A DNA stretch of 64,000 nt from Obrimoposthia wandeli (lineage: Eukaryota), in NCBI GenBank assembly GCA_977020255.1, contig CDROCS010002633.1:558001-622000 (forward strand), read 5' to 3'. The notes below the pieces were generated by a model. The model was given only the letters and a program-made list of their open reading frames with translations, searched no databases and had not been told where the DNA came from. Below are positions 62,701 to 64,000 of the stretch, piece by piece (position 1 is the first letter of the stretch; each line of letters opens with the position of its first letter). A program made the translations under genes and the position numbers.

Positions 62701-64000
62701 ATCATAATTTATTTAAAGTAATAAATCGACTGGTTGTTGATGTTTGAAAATAAGTTTCCATAATATTGATAACATCAATGAATCAATAAGCTTGTAGAGT
62801 TTTGAAAGAATTTTCTTGTTTGATATATCGCTCAATGAAAAATTATTTTTTGAGAATATAATTATCAATAGACTCAAGTAATATGAATTAATTATGACTG
62901 AGATAAATACATACTCTAAACATTATTGAATAAATTATATCAATAAATGATTCTTGAAAATAATAATTTTAGGTTTAAATGAATCGAAAGAGAGAATATA
63001 ATTTAATCCATTTCTAGTCCTGATGTAATAATTTCTAAACAAAATGTTCCAATATAGTATTGATATCCGATGTTTACTAGTGATAATTTAATTAATTATT
63101 TATTACATAGATTAATTTCCTTAAATAAGCTAATCTTCAAACAATATTCTTTGAAACTAATCATTTTTTAGTAACAAAACGTTTACAGATTCTTTTACAA
63201 CAAAAAAACTTTTTTAAAAGAAAGTAGATAACATTTTAGATTTAATGAATCATTTTGAAATTTAATAAAATTCTTAGTTAAAGATGCAGATTAAAATTAT
63301 TAATATACTCTTGATCGTAAATTGACTAATTGATCATAGTAATCTCTCTAATTATCCGTATAATTGTCCGTAATAAACTCTCACTTATTGATCATTATAT
63401 ACTCTCTTCAAATTATATCTTTATTACACGGAGGAATACTTTAAATATGTTGAAGAGAAATCCAATTAGTGCACCTACCATATAAGAAACCATGAAAACT
63501 TTATTGACGCGCTGGCACATAAGAATCGTCAGGAAATACAACTTATTTATTCTGAAAGTAATTCTGTCCTTTAACTAAAATCAAAGAAAATTTATAGAAA
63601 TATGGATAAATTCATTGAAAAATGATCAATTATTTGCATTATAATTTGCATTATTCTAAAAATCCATGGTAAATTTATCTTCTAATCTATAAATATAAAT
63701 TGACTGAAAATCGAACTTTCTACTTCGAAATTTACATTATTCAGAAAAATTACACAGTAAATTCATTCATTTGTCAACTAAAATCATTATAAATTATCTA
63801 ATATTCAACTTTGCATCTTAATTTACATTATTCTGAAATATACACGAAAAAATGTATTCTAAAATCCATAAATATAAACATAAAATGATTAAAAATCGAA
63901 CTTTTTATATCCAAATTAGAATTCTTTTCTAAAGTGTCATAATGTAGACGTGCAAGCTACACTGTTGTCAACAATGATTTCAGATGAGTTATTAGACACA

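Overview
AT-rich eukaryotic (invertebrate-like) genomic DNA. The only recognisable host gene is a Shaw/Kv3-type voltage-gated K+ channel on the + strand, with a probable first coding exon at 14602-14719, a T1-domain exon at 15350-15642 and the next exon at 60189-60416. Its ~44.5 kb phase-0 intron is packed with nested mobile DNA. It holds pieces of three Maverick/Polinton (adintovirus-like) elements: E0 ~19050-20643, E1 21646-29991 and E2 33367-~49600. It also holds a split KRBA2/SCAND3-like (Ginger2-type) integrase, a GTF2IRD2/SPIN-type hAT transposon, two R2/NeSL/Utopia-type REL retrotransposons, and Tc1 and pogo relics. A further degraded Maverick capsid gene lies at 1-790, a mariner relic at ~7860-8260, and another E2-family terminus at 60916. 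The Mavericks carry the core module (ATPase, PW-like, integrase, penton, core protein, major capsid, adenain protease, pPolB) plus an unusual accessory set. That set comprises a TBP-like gene (two copies), a four-member family of possible OB-fold proteins, a DEDD/Maelstrom-like nuclease, a RING-like/acidic protein and an acidic SIM-bearing protein. Several element genes are split by 38-47 nt GT-AG introns and preceded by TATA/CCAAT promoters. One REL retroelement appears to sit in a target-site duplication of at least 179 bp. Most element genes are pseudogenised. All family assignments come from motif recognition by eye; no searches were run. Assembly gaps: 41564-42018 and 61221-61566.
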